Positions 1-12,686 of a stretch of DNA of 64,000 bases are shown piece after piece. The notes under the pieces are model-generated. The model made no database searches and was not told the DNA's origin. It was given only the letters and a program-made list of their open reading frames with translations. Origin of the DNA: Candidatus Eutrophobius brisbanensis (GTDB lineage: Bacteria > Pseudomonadota > Gammaproteobacteria > Eutrophobiales > Eutrophobiaceae); NCBI GenBank assembly GCA_038131795.1, contig JAYPQE010000003.1:1582630-1646629 (forward strand), written 5' to 3'. The stretch's first letter is position 1. Every line of letters begins with the position of its first letter. Made by a program: the position numbers and the translations under genes.

Positions 1-499
1 GATGTTCTTGGAACATAAACATTGGCGTTTTATGTAGTCCGAGTTCTCCGGCAATCCTATAAATTTTATTTACCGGTTCTTCACATGCATCGCCCACATA
101 CACGGCTGCAGAGATACGTGCCCTTCTGGTTTCCAATAAAACCTGATTGAGTGACCGTTCAATTTGTGTTTGACCCGCCATGCATAGAACATCTGCCATT
201 TCTCTTTGCAATGCCTTGCTATTGCTATTCCAGGGAGAGACAAAGAATTCACTTAAGCCTCTGAAGTAAATTAATTGAACATTTAAACTACCTGATTCCT
301 CTGCAGCATTAAACATGCTTTCCTGTATTTTACTTGCTGAATCCCAGGTTGGTTGCCGACTTGCAGTAGCATCAATAATAAATGCCAACTTACCTGCCGG
401 ATTACCATAGGTGGTCATTGACTTGACCTGTTTGACCTTTTTCAGGAATGAATCGATGTCGTTTGATATTACCGGTAATTTATCCGATGACTTTGACAT
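1..499 (-). CDS. VWA (von Willebrand factor A-like) domain protein, partial; C-terminus lies off the window
   Basis: The minus-strand frame is open from the ATG at 499 to the window edge (I checked every codon and found no stop). It is missing from the ORF track because it is truncated. The translation MSKSSDKLPVISNDIDSFLKK...LAFIIDATASRQPTWDS has a MIDAS-like DxTxS motif followed by an alternating beta/alpha pattern. It ends 10 nt upstream of the next gene on the same strand. Confidence 0.55.
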   Translation of the reverse strand, partial: MSKSSDKLPVISNDIDSFLKKVKQVKSMTTYGNPAGKLAFIIDATASRQPTWDSASKIQESMFNAAEESGSLNVQLIYFRGLSEFFVSPWNSNSKALQREMADVLCMAGQTQIERSLNQVLLETRRARISAAVYVGDACEEPVNKIYRIAGELGLHKTPMFMFQEH

Positions 500-509
500 C
501 CCTTATACC

Positions 510-1451
510 TTAGTTAACAGGCCCGCGAATAAAAGATGATTCTCTGTCACTGGAAACCGCGGCAAGCTGATACTCACCCCCATCCCTGACAAATGTTAAT
601 GGGACCTCGACTCCTGCATCACCAAGCTTCCATATCTCAGTAAATAAGTCTTTTAAGTGACTGACCGGGGCATTACCCACATGTGTAATAACATCGCCCA
701 GTTGTAAACCTGCCTGATCAGCAGGGCAACCAGTGAAAATTCCTGTAACTACCAGTACATCATCTTCTTCCTGGACCAGCATGCCCAACCAGGGCCTCGG
801 GGCTTTTTTTCGCCTTCCAAAAACTTTTATTTCATTAATGTATGGTTGAATCATATCTGTTGGTACAAACATGTTATAGGCACTAATTTCTTTTTCAGCC
901 TCAACATCCTGTATTAGCAGGCAACCAACCCCATATAACAACCCATCCTGGCCAATTAAAGCAGAACCAGCCCAATTTGAATGAACAGGAGAAGTGTAGA
1001 TTGCCTGATCCAGAAGGTATTCCCAGCGCCCCGCAAACTCTTTAATAGTTATAACTTTAGATTCAGCCAGAGTGGATATGCCTGTGCTATCAGCCAGGAT
1101 GACTTTATCACCCTGGTTCAGTTTTGAAACAGTCCCGAAGTCCATTTTGGGGAGATTAAGCGGTCTAACAGGTTTTATCAGTCCAAGACCTGACTCAAAA
1201 TCATTACCTACTACGTAACCCTGCACAGGATCTTGACCATGGGGGGTAATCCATATTGATTCTGCCTCTGTGATCACATAACCAATTGTGAGTAACAGTC
1301 CATCATCATCAATGATAATGCCGTGGCCACTACGATCAGTACCTAGCAGTTCAGCTGAAAATGAATTTTCGGGGATATAGGCACTAATTGAAACAACAGA
1401 ATCAATTGCCTTGTGTATATCAAAATTATATGAATACGATAAGTTACCCAT
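510..1451 (-). CDS. Trypsin-fold (S1C/HtrA-like) plus C-terminal PDZ protein; the catalytic triad appears not conserved
   Basis: 313-aa ORF. GHGIIIDDDGLLLTIGYVI, SGLGLIKP and NWAGSALIGQDGLLYGVG align by eye to the HtrA His, Asp and Ser regions. The C-terminal WLGM...GCPADQAGLQLGDVITHVGN is PDZ-like. Confidence 0.6.
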   Translation of the reverse strand: MGNLSYSYNFDIHKAIDSVVSISAYIPENSFSAELLGTDRSGHGIIIDDDGLLLTIGYVITEAESIWITPHGQDPVQGYVVGNDFESGLGLIKPVRPLNLPKMDFGTVSKLNQGDKVILADSTGISTLAESKVITIKEFAGRWEYLLDQAIYTSPVHSNWAGSALIGQDGLLYGVGCLLIQDVEAEKEISAYNMFVPTDMIQPYINEIKVFGRRKKAPRPWLGMLVQEEDDVLVVTGIFTGCPADQAGLQLGDVITHVGNAPVSHLKDLFTEIWKLGDAGVEVPLTFVRDGGEYQLAAVSSDRESSFIRGPVN

Positions 1452-1497
1452 TTAAAATTTTGATCTGTTACTGTTTGGATGATAGTGCATAAAAAAA

Positions 1498-2856
1498 TTA
1501 TTTTTTATCAGGACGCTTCCAATGACTGACAGATCTGTGTTCAATTTTATTGTGCAGCAGCTCTCCAGATTCAATGTCTCTGGTGACAGTTGTGCCCGCG
1601 CCAACAGTTGCCCCTTTTTTAACAATCACCGGCGCAACGAGTTGAGTATCTGAACCAATAAAAACGTCATCCTCTATAATTGTTTTGTGTTTATTGGCTC
1701 CGTCATAATTACATGTAATTGTACCTGCACCAATATTGATATTTTTCCCAAGAGTACTATCACCTACATAACTTAAATGATTGATTTTTGTCCCTTTGCC
1801 TACTTCTGTTTTCTTAATTTCAACAAAGTTACCAATATGCACATCATCATCCAAACGGGATTCCGGGCGAATCCTTGCAAATGGTCCAATTTTGCAGCTT
1901 TTCCCAATAACAGCATTTTCAATATATGAATTTGGAAGAATAATTGAATTATCATCAATATCTGTATTATTGATGTAGCAGTTAGAACCTATCTTTACAT
2001 TTTTACCAATGCTCACGCTGCCTTCAATTGTGACGTTTACATCTATTTCAACATCCTGCCCTGTCATTAAATCTCCTCGCAGATCAAACCTTGCAGGGTC
2101 GATCAATGTCACACCGTTTTTCATTAAGTGATGGGCCTGGATTAGTTGATAATATCGTTCAAGTTCAGAAAGTTGTATGCGGTCATTTATACCTTTGACC
2201 TCCATTACAGAACCTGGATTAATAGTATTAACCTGAATACCTTGATGTACTGCCATTTCAACTATATCCGTCAGATAAAATTCACCCTGGGCATTATCAT
2301 TATCAAGTTTTTGCAGCCAACTATGCAGCAAAGCCGCTTCAACACACATAATCCCCGTGTTAATTTCGCAAATTGTTCGTTGGCTATCATTTGCATCTTT
2401 TTCCTCTACGATTTTCTTCAGGTTGCCCACTTCATCCCTGACGATCCGTCCATATCCTGCAGGGTCATCAATATACGTCGTTAACAGGCTAAAACCAGAA
2501 TCGGCAGATACCTCAATTAAAGTAGACAAAGTTTCATAGGTAATTAATGGAATGTCACCATATAGAATCAGGACCTTACCTGACTGTTGATCTGAGAGCA
2601 GTGCCTGTTTCACAGCGTGACCAGTACCCAGTTGTTGGGCCTGTTCTATCCAGTTAGCCTGTAAGTGAGACAGAGTATCCGGGACTTGTTGTCCGCCATA
2701 ACCGTAAACAATATTTATCTGGCTGTGCTCCAGTCTGGATGCAGATATATAGACATGCTCCAGCAAGGTTCGGCCTGCAAGTTTATGCAGGACCTTGGGC
2801 AGGTCGGATTTCATCCTGGTGCCCTGTCCAGCTGCAAGTATGATGATGCTTAACAT
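1498..2856 (-). CDS. glmU: Bifunctional UDP-N-acetylglucosamine diphosphorylase / glucosamine-1-phosphate N-acetyltransferase
   Basis: 452 aa with N-terminal LAAGQGTRMKS and a C-terminal left-handed beta-helix of hexapeptide repeats. It has the classical position downstream of the atp operon. Confidence 0.95.
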   Translation of the reverse strand: MLSIIILAAGQGTRMKSDLPKVLHKLAGRTLLEHVYISASRLEHSQINIVYGYGGQQVPDTLSHLQANWIEQAQQLGTGHAVKQALLSDQQSGKVLILYGDIPLITYETLSTLIEVSADSGFSLLTTYIDDPAGYGRIVRDEVGNLKKIVEEKDANDSQRTICEINTGIMCVEAALLHSWLQKLDNDNAQGEFYLTDIVEMAVHQGIQVNTINPGSVMEVKGINDRIQLSELERYYQLIQAHHLMKNGVTLIDPARFDLRGDLMTGQDVEIDVNVTIEGSVSIGKNVKIGSNCYINNTDIDDNSIILPNSYIENAVIGKSCKIGPFARIRPESRLDDDVHIGNFVEIKKTEVGKGTKINHLSYVGDSTLGKNINIGAGTITCNYDGANKHKTIIEDDVFIGSDTQLVAPVIVKKGATVGAGTTVTRDIESGELLHNKIEHRSVSHWKRPDKK

Positions 2857-2972
2857 AAAGGCTGATGCAAGTTATAAGTTATGGCTAGGCATTATAATGA
2901 TAAAGTACATGATAGTACTTGTTTGATACTGAAGCAAAAAGTGCTCCAAAGAAGTTGTGACTTGCTAAAAAG

Positions 2973-3395
2973 TTACCGGCCGGATCGTTTTCTCAAACGT
3001 TGAATTGCCTGTAACTGTGCAGCTATCTCAGCCGTTTGAGCTAATGCAGTTGCATAATCGACTTCTGCATCCTTATCATGCAGTCTTCTTTCTGCTTCTT
3101 CTTTTGCTTTTAACACTGCTGCTTCATCCAGGTCTTCTGCTCTGACAGCGGTATCAGAAAGAATCGTAACTATCTTTGGTTGTATTTCCAACATCCCACC
3201 TGACACATAGAAACCTTCTTCATTTCCATCTTCATGCTTTACCCGCACTTCGCCAGGTGCAAGCTGAGTAATTAATGGGGTATGGCCGGGAGCTATACCC
3301 ACTTCACCCATAATTGCCGGGGCAAATACCATTTCCACCTCTCCGGAAAATATTTCCCGCTCTGCACTGACAATATCTATGTGTAATGTTGACAT
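2973..3395 (-). CDS. atpC: F0F1 ATP synthase subunit epsilon
   Basis: 140 aa. It is the last gene of the atp operon, with typical epsilon N-terminal beta-sandwich and C-terminal helical sequence. Confidence 0.9.
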   Translation of the reverse strand: MSTLHIDIVSAEREIFSGEVEMVFAPAIMGEVGIAPGHTPLITQLAPGEVRVKHEDGNEEGFYVSGGMLEIQPKIVTILSDTAVRAEDLDEAAVLKAKEEAERRLHDKDAEVDYATALAQTAEIAAQLQAIQRLRKRSGR

Positions 3396-3408
3396 TCGTT
3401 ACCCTGTT

Positions 3409-4824
<1,416 letters not shown>

Positions 4825-4878
4825 TCATTATTTCTTTGTTTTTTACTGAGTTATAAAATATTTTAAAAATCTGTTGCG

Positions 4879-5742
4879 TCAAACCGCAGCAGCACCACCC
4901 ACGATTTCTGATAGTTCCTGGGTAATTGCCGCCTGTCTGGCTTTGTTATATATCAATTGTAATTCATCAATAAGTGTACCCGCGTTATCTGATGCACTCT
5001 TCATTGCCACCATCCTGGCGGCCTGCTCACAGGATATATTTTCTATTACATTCTGATATACGAGAGACTCAATATACCGTGTCAGTAATTGATCCAGAAC
5101 CTCTTCTGCCTGTGGCTCATAGATGTAGTCCCAATGATACTGAAAGTCTTCATCTTCAGAAGGTGGGACTGGCAATAATCGTTCTAATCTGGGAGATTGA
5201 GTCATTGAATTGACGAAAGAATTCGACGCAATATAAACCTCGTCGATGTTTTCATTAATGTACTCATCGAGCATAATTTTTATCGCACCAATCAAAACCT
5301 CTAATGGTGGTTCATCACCGATATGCGTTGTTTGGGCGATAATGTTTGCATTTAATCTTGAGAAAAAACCGGCAGCTTTATTACCTATAACGCTAAATTC
5401 CATTTCCACACCAGATTCATTCCAGGCCTTCATGCGCTTAACCATGTCTCTGAACAGGTTCGAATTCAAACCTCCACATAACCCCCTGTCCGTTGAAACA
5501 ACAATTATTCCAATGCGTTTCACCTTTTCTCGAGGAATCAGGTACGGATGTTTATATTCCGAATTAGCCAACCCAAGATGAGAAATTACCTGACGAATCT
5601 TGTCTGCATAAGGTCTGGCAGCTTGCATCCTTTCCTGTGCCTTCCTCATTTTACTGGCAGCAACCATCTCCATTGCCTTGGTGATCTTCTGTGTGTTTTT
5701 AACACTGGCAATTTTGGTGCGTATTTCTTTACCGACTGCCAT
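4879..5742 (-). CDS. atpG: F0F1 ATP synthase subunit gamma
   Basis: 287 aa. It starts [36 protein letters not shown] and sits in the expected operon position. Confidence 0.93.
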   Translation of the reverse strand: MAVGKEIRTKIASVKNTQKITKAMEMVAASKMRKAQERMQAARPYADKIRQVISHLGLANSEYKHPYLIPREKVKRIGIIVVSTDRGLCGGLNSNLFRDMVKRMKAWNESGVEMEFSVIGNKAAGFFSRLNANIIAQTTHIGDEPPLEVLIGAIKIMLDEYINENIDEVYIASNSFVNSMTQSPRLERLLPVPPSEDEDFQYHWDYIYEPQAEEVLDQLLTRYIESLVYQNVIENISCEQAARMVAMKSASDNAGTLIDELQLIYNKARQAAITQELSEIVGGAAAV

Positions 5743-5814
5743 CAGTTCACCCGAGCAAGTATCAGACCATTTCGATCCAGTTTAATTTGGCTATTAACTA
5801 CTATCATCATATAT

Positions 5815-7356
5815 TTACCAGGTGTTGTTGGCCTTGAAATCTTCAATCGAAGCTTTTAATCCACTTTCGATGTCATCTGAATAATCACCAGACTCATTAA
5901 TGGAATTCATCAAGTCTTTCTTCTCGCTGTTCATATAGGCATGCAGTGCAGTCTCAAATGCTCCAATCTTATCCAGCTCAATATCGTCCACAAATCCATT
6001 TTCCACAGCATATAAACTCACTGCCATTTCAGCGACATTCAAAGGTGCATACTGATTCTGCTTCATGAGTTCCATCACACGCTGTCCACGCTCCAACTGT
6101 TTACGGGTGGACTCGTCCAGGTCCGATGCAAACTGCGCAAATGCAGCCAACTCACGATATTGGGCAAGTGCCAGACGAATCCCGCCACCCAGTTTTTTAA
6201 TAACCTTGGTTTGGGCTGCACCACCAACTCGTGAAACAGACAGACCGGCGTTAATTGCAGGGCGGAAGCCTGAATTAAACAGGTCAGTTTCAAGGTAAAT
6301 CTGACCATCCGTAATGGAGATCACATTGGTTGGAACAAATGCAGATACGTCACCCGCCTGAGTTTCAATAATTGGCAATGCGGTTAGTGAACCGGTTTTT
6401 CCTTTAACAGCGCCACCGGTAAACCGCTCAACATAATCGGCATTCACCCGTGCTGCTCTCTCCAGCAAGCGTGAATGAAGGTAAAAGACATCTCCAGGGT
6501 AAGCCTCACGTCCTGGTGGACGCTTTAACAGCAAAGACACCTGGCGATAGGCCCAGGCCTGCTTGGTTAAGTCATCATAAATTATAAGGGCGTCTTCACC
6601 GTTATCCCTGAAATATTCGCCCATGGCACAACCAGCATAAGGCGCGATGTATTGCATCGCCGCTGAATCAGAGGCCGTTGCTGCCACAATAATCGTATGG
6701 TCCATCGCGCCGTGTTCTTCCAACTTGCGAATCACGACATTAATAGAAGAGGCTTTCTGACCAATGGCCACATAGATACATTTAACGCCTGTACCCTTTT
6801 GATTAATAATGGTATCTACGGCAACGGCCGTTTTACCTGTTTGCCTGTCACCAATGATTAACTCACGTTGACCTCGACCTACCGGCACCATTGAGTCAAT
6901 GGACTTCAACCCGGTCTGAACAGGCTGCGACACAGACTGTCTGTCAATAACACCAGGTGCAATCTTCTCAATAGGTGATGATTCTTCTGTCTTAATATCG
7001 CCTTTACCATCGATGGGGTTTCCAAGAGAATCGACCACTCTGCCTAGCAGTCCTTCACCCACCGGGACTTCGAGGATTCGCTTGGTACATTTGACCGTAT
7101 CACCCTCACTTAAATGCAGATAGTCTCCCAAAATCACAGCACCCACAGAATCCCGTTCCAGGTTCATGGCAAGCCCGTATGTATTCCCCGGGAACTCCAA
7201 CATTTCACCCTGCATGGCATCACTTAGTCCGTGAATTCGTGCAATACCGTCTGACAGACTGACAATCGTGCCCTCGGTATGAGCTTCTGTTTGAAGATCG
7301 AAATCTTTAATTTTTTTCTTTATTAAATCACTTATTTCTGTTGCGCTGATAGACAT
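5815..7356 (-). CDS. atpA: F0F1 ATP synthase subunit alpha
   Basis: 513 aa with Walker A GDRQTGKT. Confidence 0.97.
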   Translation of the reverse strand: MSISATEISDLIKKKIKDFDLQTEAHTEGTIVSLSDGIARIHGLSDAMQGEMLEFPGNTYGLAMNLERDSVGAVILGDYLHLSEGDTVKCTKRILEVPVGEGLLGRVVDSLGNPIDGKGDIKTEESSPIEKIAPGVIDRQSVSQPVQTGLKSIDSMVPVGRGQRELIIGDRQTGKTAVAVDTIINQKGTGVKCIYVAIGQKASSINVVIRKLEEHGAMDHTIIVAATASDSAAMQYIAPYAGCAMGEYFRDNGEDALIIYDDLTKQAWAYRQVSLLLKRPPGREAYPGDVFYLHSRLLERAARVNADYVERFTGGAVKGKTGSLTALPIIETQAGDVSAFVPTNVISITDGQIYLETDLFNSGFRPAINAGLSVSRVGGAAQTKVIKKLGGGIRLALAQYRELAAFAQFASDLDESTRKQLERGQRVMELMKQNQYAPLNVAEMAVSLYAVENGFVDDIELDKIGAFETALHAYMNSEKKDLMNSINESGDYSDDIESGLKASIEDFKANNTW

Positions 7357-7401
7357 CGCTGTTCCTCTCTTACAAACGATAATTTTTTAAATGTAATTTC
7401 T

Positions 7402-7938
7402 CTACCCAATTAACTGATTGCGTAATGTATTCAAACGGCCACGCAACGACGAATCGATGACGGTATCTCCAGCCCGAATAACAATTCCACCAATTAATGA
7501 CTCATCAACTTTTGCGGAAATACTCACTTTTTTGCCCAGCCGTTTACCCATAACATCAGACAACTGTGAACTCTGTTGTGGTTCCAGCTCATACGCAGTT
7601 AATACATCTATATCAACCCTGCCTTCGGCCTCGGCCCGCCTCTTTTCAAACAGATCGGAAATAAATGGGGCCAACCTTAACCGGTTTGCATCAATGAGTA
7701 CCTTAACAAAGTTCTGCCCTAATGAATCCAGCTGATTACCAGTCACTTCAGAGATAATCATCAATAACTGTTCACTGCTGACCCTGGGGCTGCTGATGAC
7801 TTTCCGCATCTCAGGATCAATCACAACCAGTGAAAGTATTTTCAACAGGTCTGACCATTGCTGCAGATTGTTTTCCGCCTGTGCCAGTTCAAAGATGGCA
7901 CGTGCATAGGGTCTTGCGATTGTCGTATTGTCCTGCAT
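7402..7938 (-). CDS. atpH: F0F1 ATP synthase subunit delta
   Basis: 178 aa with the N-terminal ARPYARAIFE motif, in the expected operon position. Confidence 0.85.
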   Translation of the reverse strand: MQDNTTIARPYARAIFELAQAENNLQQWSDLLKILSLVVIDPEMRKVISSPRVSSEQLLMIISEVTGNQLDSLGQNFVKVLIDANRLRLAPFISDLFEKRRAEAEGRVDIDVLTAYELEPQQSSQLSDVMGKRLGKKVSISAKVDESLIGGIVIRAGDTVIDSSLRGRLNTLRNQLIG

Positions 7939-7954
7939 ATTCGGTGGAATCTTC

Positions 7955-8425
7955 CTAGAGTTCAGAACTCAATTTGGTGATGATTTCATTATGGGCATTA
8001 CGATCTACTTCCCGCATTAGAATCTGCTCTACACCTGCCAGAGCCAGGGTCGCAACTTCCTTGCGGAGATCTTCCCTTGCCTGGGTTTTATCACGCTCTA
8101 TTTCGGCCTCTGCAGCCTGAACCAATCTCTGTCCTTCTGATTTGGCTGTGGACTTGGATTCTTCAACGATTTCATCGCCACGCCTTTGAGCCTGAGAGAT
8201 GATTTCTGCAGCCTGCTGTTTACCCTCATCAACCAGTTCAGTATGCCGAATCTCTGCCTCTTCCAGGGCCTTTTGACCTTTTTCTGCGGCCGCTAATCCA
8301 TCAGCAATCCTGGTCTCACGGTCGTGCATTTGTTTGAGCAACAAAGGCCAAACAAATTTCATGGTAAACCAGACAAAGACCACAAAAGCAAAGGTTTGCC
8401 CAATTAAAGTTGCATTAAAATTCAC
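7955..8425 (-). CDS. atpF: F0F1 ATP synthase subunit b
   Basis: 156 aa with a single N-terminal TM helix followed by a long charged helix, in the expected operon position. Confidence 0.85.
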   Translation of the reverse strand: MNFNATLIGQTFAFVVFVWFTMKFVWPLLLKQMHDRETRIADGLAAAEKGQKALEEAEIRHTELVDEGKQQAAEIISQAQRRGDEIVEESKSTAKSEGQRLVQAAEAEIERDKTQAREDLRKEVATLALAGVEQILMREVDRNAHNEIITKLSSEL

Positions 8426-8475
8426 TAGCGTACCCTCTTGTATTCAGGTGGTTAGTAGACATTCTTCGCCGATAT

Positions 8476-10115
<1,640 letters not shown>

Positions 10116-10295
10116 CGTTACAACCCCTGAAACCTTTTTCCTGACTGATTCATTGCTGCAAATGTCGCTGGCCCAATGATTACATATATAAACACACCGA
10201 CAATCTAAATCAGGGACTGCAAGTATAAATAGCCCTAAGCAATGAATCAATCGCTGCAACGCACAAATTGTTGAATTTTATTAAAATTATAGTTT

Positions 10296-11165
10296 CTACT
10301 TGATCCTGGAGAGGATCCCATCCAGCTCGTCGACGGAACTGTAATGAATCTCAAGTGTGCCTTTACCTGATTTTTTGTGTTTTATAATGACCGATGCCCC
10401 AAGTTTACCTGACAGATCATCCTGCAAGGCCCTGATGTCCGGGTCCACTATCTGTGGATCTGATTTTTTAGTAGGTGACTTAGTTGATAGATTTCTGACC
10501 AGAGCCTCCGTTTGCCTGACTGACAAGCCTTTTTTAACGATATTTTTCGCTATATCCAGTTGTTGATCAGCATCCAGGGACAACAATGCCCTGGCATGAC
10601 CCATTTCCAGTTCCCGGGTTTCAAGCATTTTTTTAACTGTGTCAGATAACTCCAGTAAGCGTAACAAATTGGTAATGGTAGAACGGGATTTGCCCAGAGC
10701 ACCCGCAATGGCATCATGGGTCATGTCAAATTCTGTTAACAGTCTCGATATCCCCCTGGCCTCTTCCAATGGATTTAAATCCTGCCGTTGGATATTTTCA
10801 ATCAGTGCCAGGCACATGGCCTCCAGATCAGTGACATCTTTAATGACAACAGGTACATCATATAAGCCTGCTAATTGTGAAGCGCGCCAGCGACGTTCAC
10901 CGGCGATGATTTCATATTTGCCCTGATCAACTTTCCTGACAACAATAGGTTGTACCACACCCTGGGCCTTGATGGAGGCCGCCAGGTCTTCCAGTGCCGC
11001 CTTATCGAACTCAACCCTGGGTTGATAAGCGCTTCTCTGTAAAAGATCGACGGGTAACAGGGTCAGATCATCGGGGGATTTATCATCACCCGCCAGTTGG
11101 TCAGGTGGCAATCCCAACAGTGCATCAAGTCCCTTGCCCAGACCTCGTTTTTTCTTACTGGACAT
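10296..11165 (-). CDS. parB: Chromosome partitioning protein ParB
   Basis: 289 aa with the ParB box IIAGERRWRA and an HTH region. Confidence 0.9.
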   Translation of the reverse strand: MSSKKKRGLGKGLDALLGLPPDQLAGDDKSPDDLTLLPVDLLQRSAYQPRVEFDKAALEDLAASIKAQGVVQPIVVRKVDQGKYEIIAGERRWRASQLAGLYDVPVVIKDVTDLEAMCLALIENIQRQDLNPLEEARGISRLLTEFDMTHDAIAGALGKSRSTITNLLRLLELSDTVKKMLETRELEMGHARALLSLDADQQLDIAKNIVKKGLSVRQTEALVRNLSTKSPTKKSDPQIVDPDIRALQDDLSGKLGASVIIKHKKSGKGTLEIHYSSVDELDGILSRIK

Positions 11166-11207
11166 AGGCTTTGGTAAAGAGTGAGGAGTAAGGAGTAAGG
11201 AGATTCA

Positions 11208-11981
11208 TTATGCGGCCTTGCCCTGTCTGTTTAACATCTCACCTGCAAGGGCAAGGTAGGCCAATGCGCCGCGGGATGAACGGTCATAGGTAATGATGGG
11301 CATGCCGTGGCTGGGTGCCTCAGCCAACCTCACATTTCTGGGAATGATGGTACGGTAGACCTTTTCTCCAAAATGCTCCATTAACTGGGCCGATACCTGG
11401 TTGGCGAGATTATTCCGGGGATCAAACATGGTCCGGAGCAGGCCTTCCACCTTTAATCCAGGGTTTAAATATTTTCTGATTTTCTCAATGGTTGATAACA
11501 GCGCAGTCAGTCCTTCCAGGGCAAAATATTCACATTGCATGGGGATAATCACTGCATTAGCTGCCACCAGGGCATTTACAGTCAACATATTCAAAGAGGG
11601 CGGACAATCTATAAATATAAAATCATATTTACCCTGTACGGCCTCAAGGGCGTTTTTCAACCTGACTTCCCTGGCAATCTCTTCCATTAATGCCACTTCC
11701 GCGCCAGTCAGATCGGCATTACTGGGTAATAAATCATAGTGACACTCCTGGGAACTGATAATGACATCAGTGATTTCTTTATCCCCCATGAGTACATCAT
11801 AACTGCTGGTCTCAAGTTCATTCTTATTAACACCGCTGCCCATGGTGGCGTTACCCTGAGGGTCCAGATCGATTAACAGTACACGGCGCTTGGTGGCCGC
11901 CATGGAGGCACCCAGGTTCACACTGGTGGTGGTCTTTCCAACACCACCCTTTTGATTTGCAACTGCGATTACTTTAGACAT
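11208..11981 (-). CDS. parA: Chromosome partitioning ATPase ParA/Soj
   Basis: 257 aa with the deviant Walker A KGGVGKTT. Confidence 0.9.
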   Translation of the reverse strand: MSKVIAVANQKGGVGKTTTSVNLGASMAATKRRVLLIDLDPQGNATMGSGVNKNELETSSYDVLMGDKEITDVIISSQECHYDLLPSNADLTGAEVALMEEIAREVRLKNALEAVQGKYDFIFIDCPPSLNMLTVNALVAANAVIIPMQCEYFALEGLTALLSTIEKIRKYLNPGLKVEGLLRTMFDPRNNLANQVSAQLMEHFGEKVYRTIIPRNVRLAEAPSHGMPIITYDRSSRGALAYLALAGEMLNRQGKAA

Positions 11982-12060
11982 GTTCCATCATCTTGTTGTT
12001 TTAATATTACCGAGCCGATTATTATTGCATAGATATGCAAGAAAATGTCAGTGACATTTT

Positions 12061-12681
12061 TTACCTAATAATTACCAGATTTCTCACGGATTTTACCCCA
12101 GGAACCTCCAGGCGCAGAATTTCGTGAGGGCGGTTTTTTACTCCTGCCAACTCGACTTTGTCAAGACTCCCTTTCATGGCCAGCCGTTTGCCGTTGGCAG
12201 CCACCAGGTGATCAGTCTTATGGACAAAGGCATCAAGATCTGAAAAAGCCCTGGACACAACCACATCATAGAGGTCACCCGGCTGATGTTCCTCTACACG
12301 GCCATGGTGGATTTCAACATTGAGTAACTTAAAAAGCTGACTGATATGGTTTAAAAAACGGGTCTTTTTTACATTACTGTCTAGCAACACCCAGTTAAGC
12401 TTTGGATCTGCCATTGCCAGTACCATACCGGGCAAACCAGCTCCAGAGCCGACATCCAGACATCGAGTACCTTCTATAAATGGACTGATTGCCAGGCTAT
12501 CCAGTATGTGGTGAGAGATCATGGTATCAAAATCACGAATGGCGGTTAGATTATAGGCCTTGTTCCAGCGTATCAGCTCATCGAGATAGGCAACATAATT
12601 CTCAATTGGGAGTATTGCCGGGTCCAGCCCCAGTTCGACCACCCCGTCTTTGATTTGCTGGATCTTATCGGTAGATGGCAA
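12061..12681 (-). CDS. rsmG: 16S rRNA (guanine527-N7)-methyltransferase
   Basis: 206 aa with SAM motif DVGSGAGLPG. It lies directly downstream of mnmG. Confidence 0.9.
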   Translation of the reverse strand: MPSTDKIQQIKDGVVELGLDPAILPIENYVAYLDELIRWNKAYNLTAIRDFDTMISHHILDSLAISPFIEGTRCLDVGSGAGLPGMVLAMADPKLNWVLLDSNVKKTRFLNHISQLFKLLNVEIHHGRVEEHQPGDLYDVVVSRAFSDLDAFVHKTDHLVAANGKRLAMKGSLDKVELAGVKNRPHEILRLEVPGVKSVRNLVIIR

Positions 12682-12686
12682 GGGGA

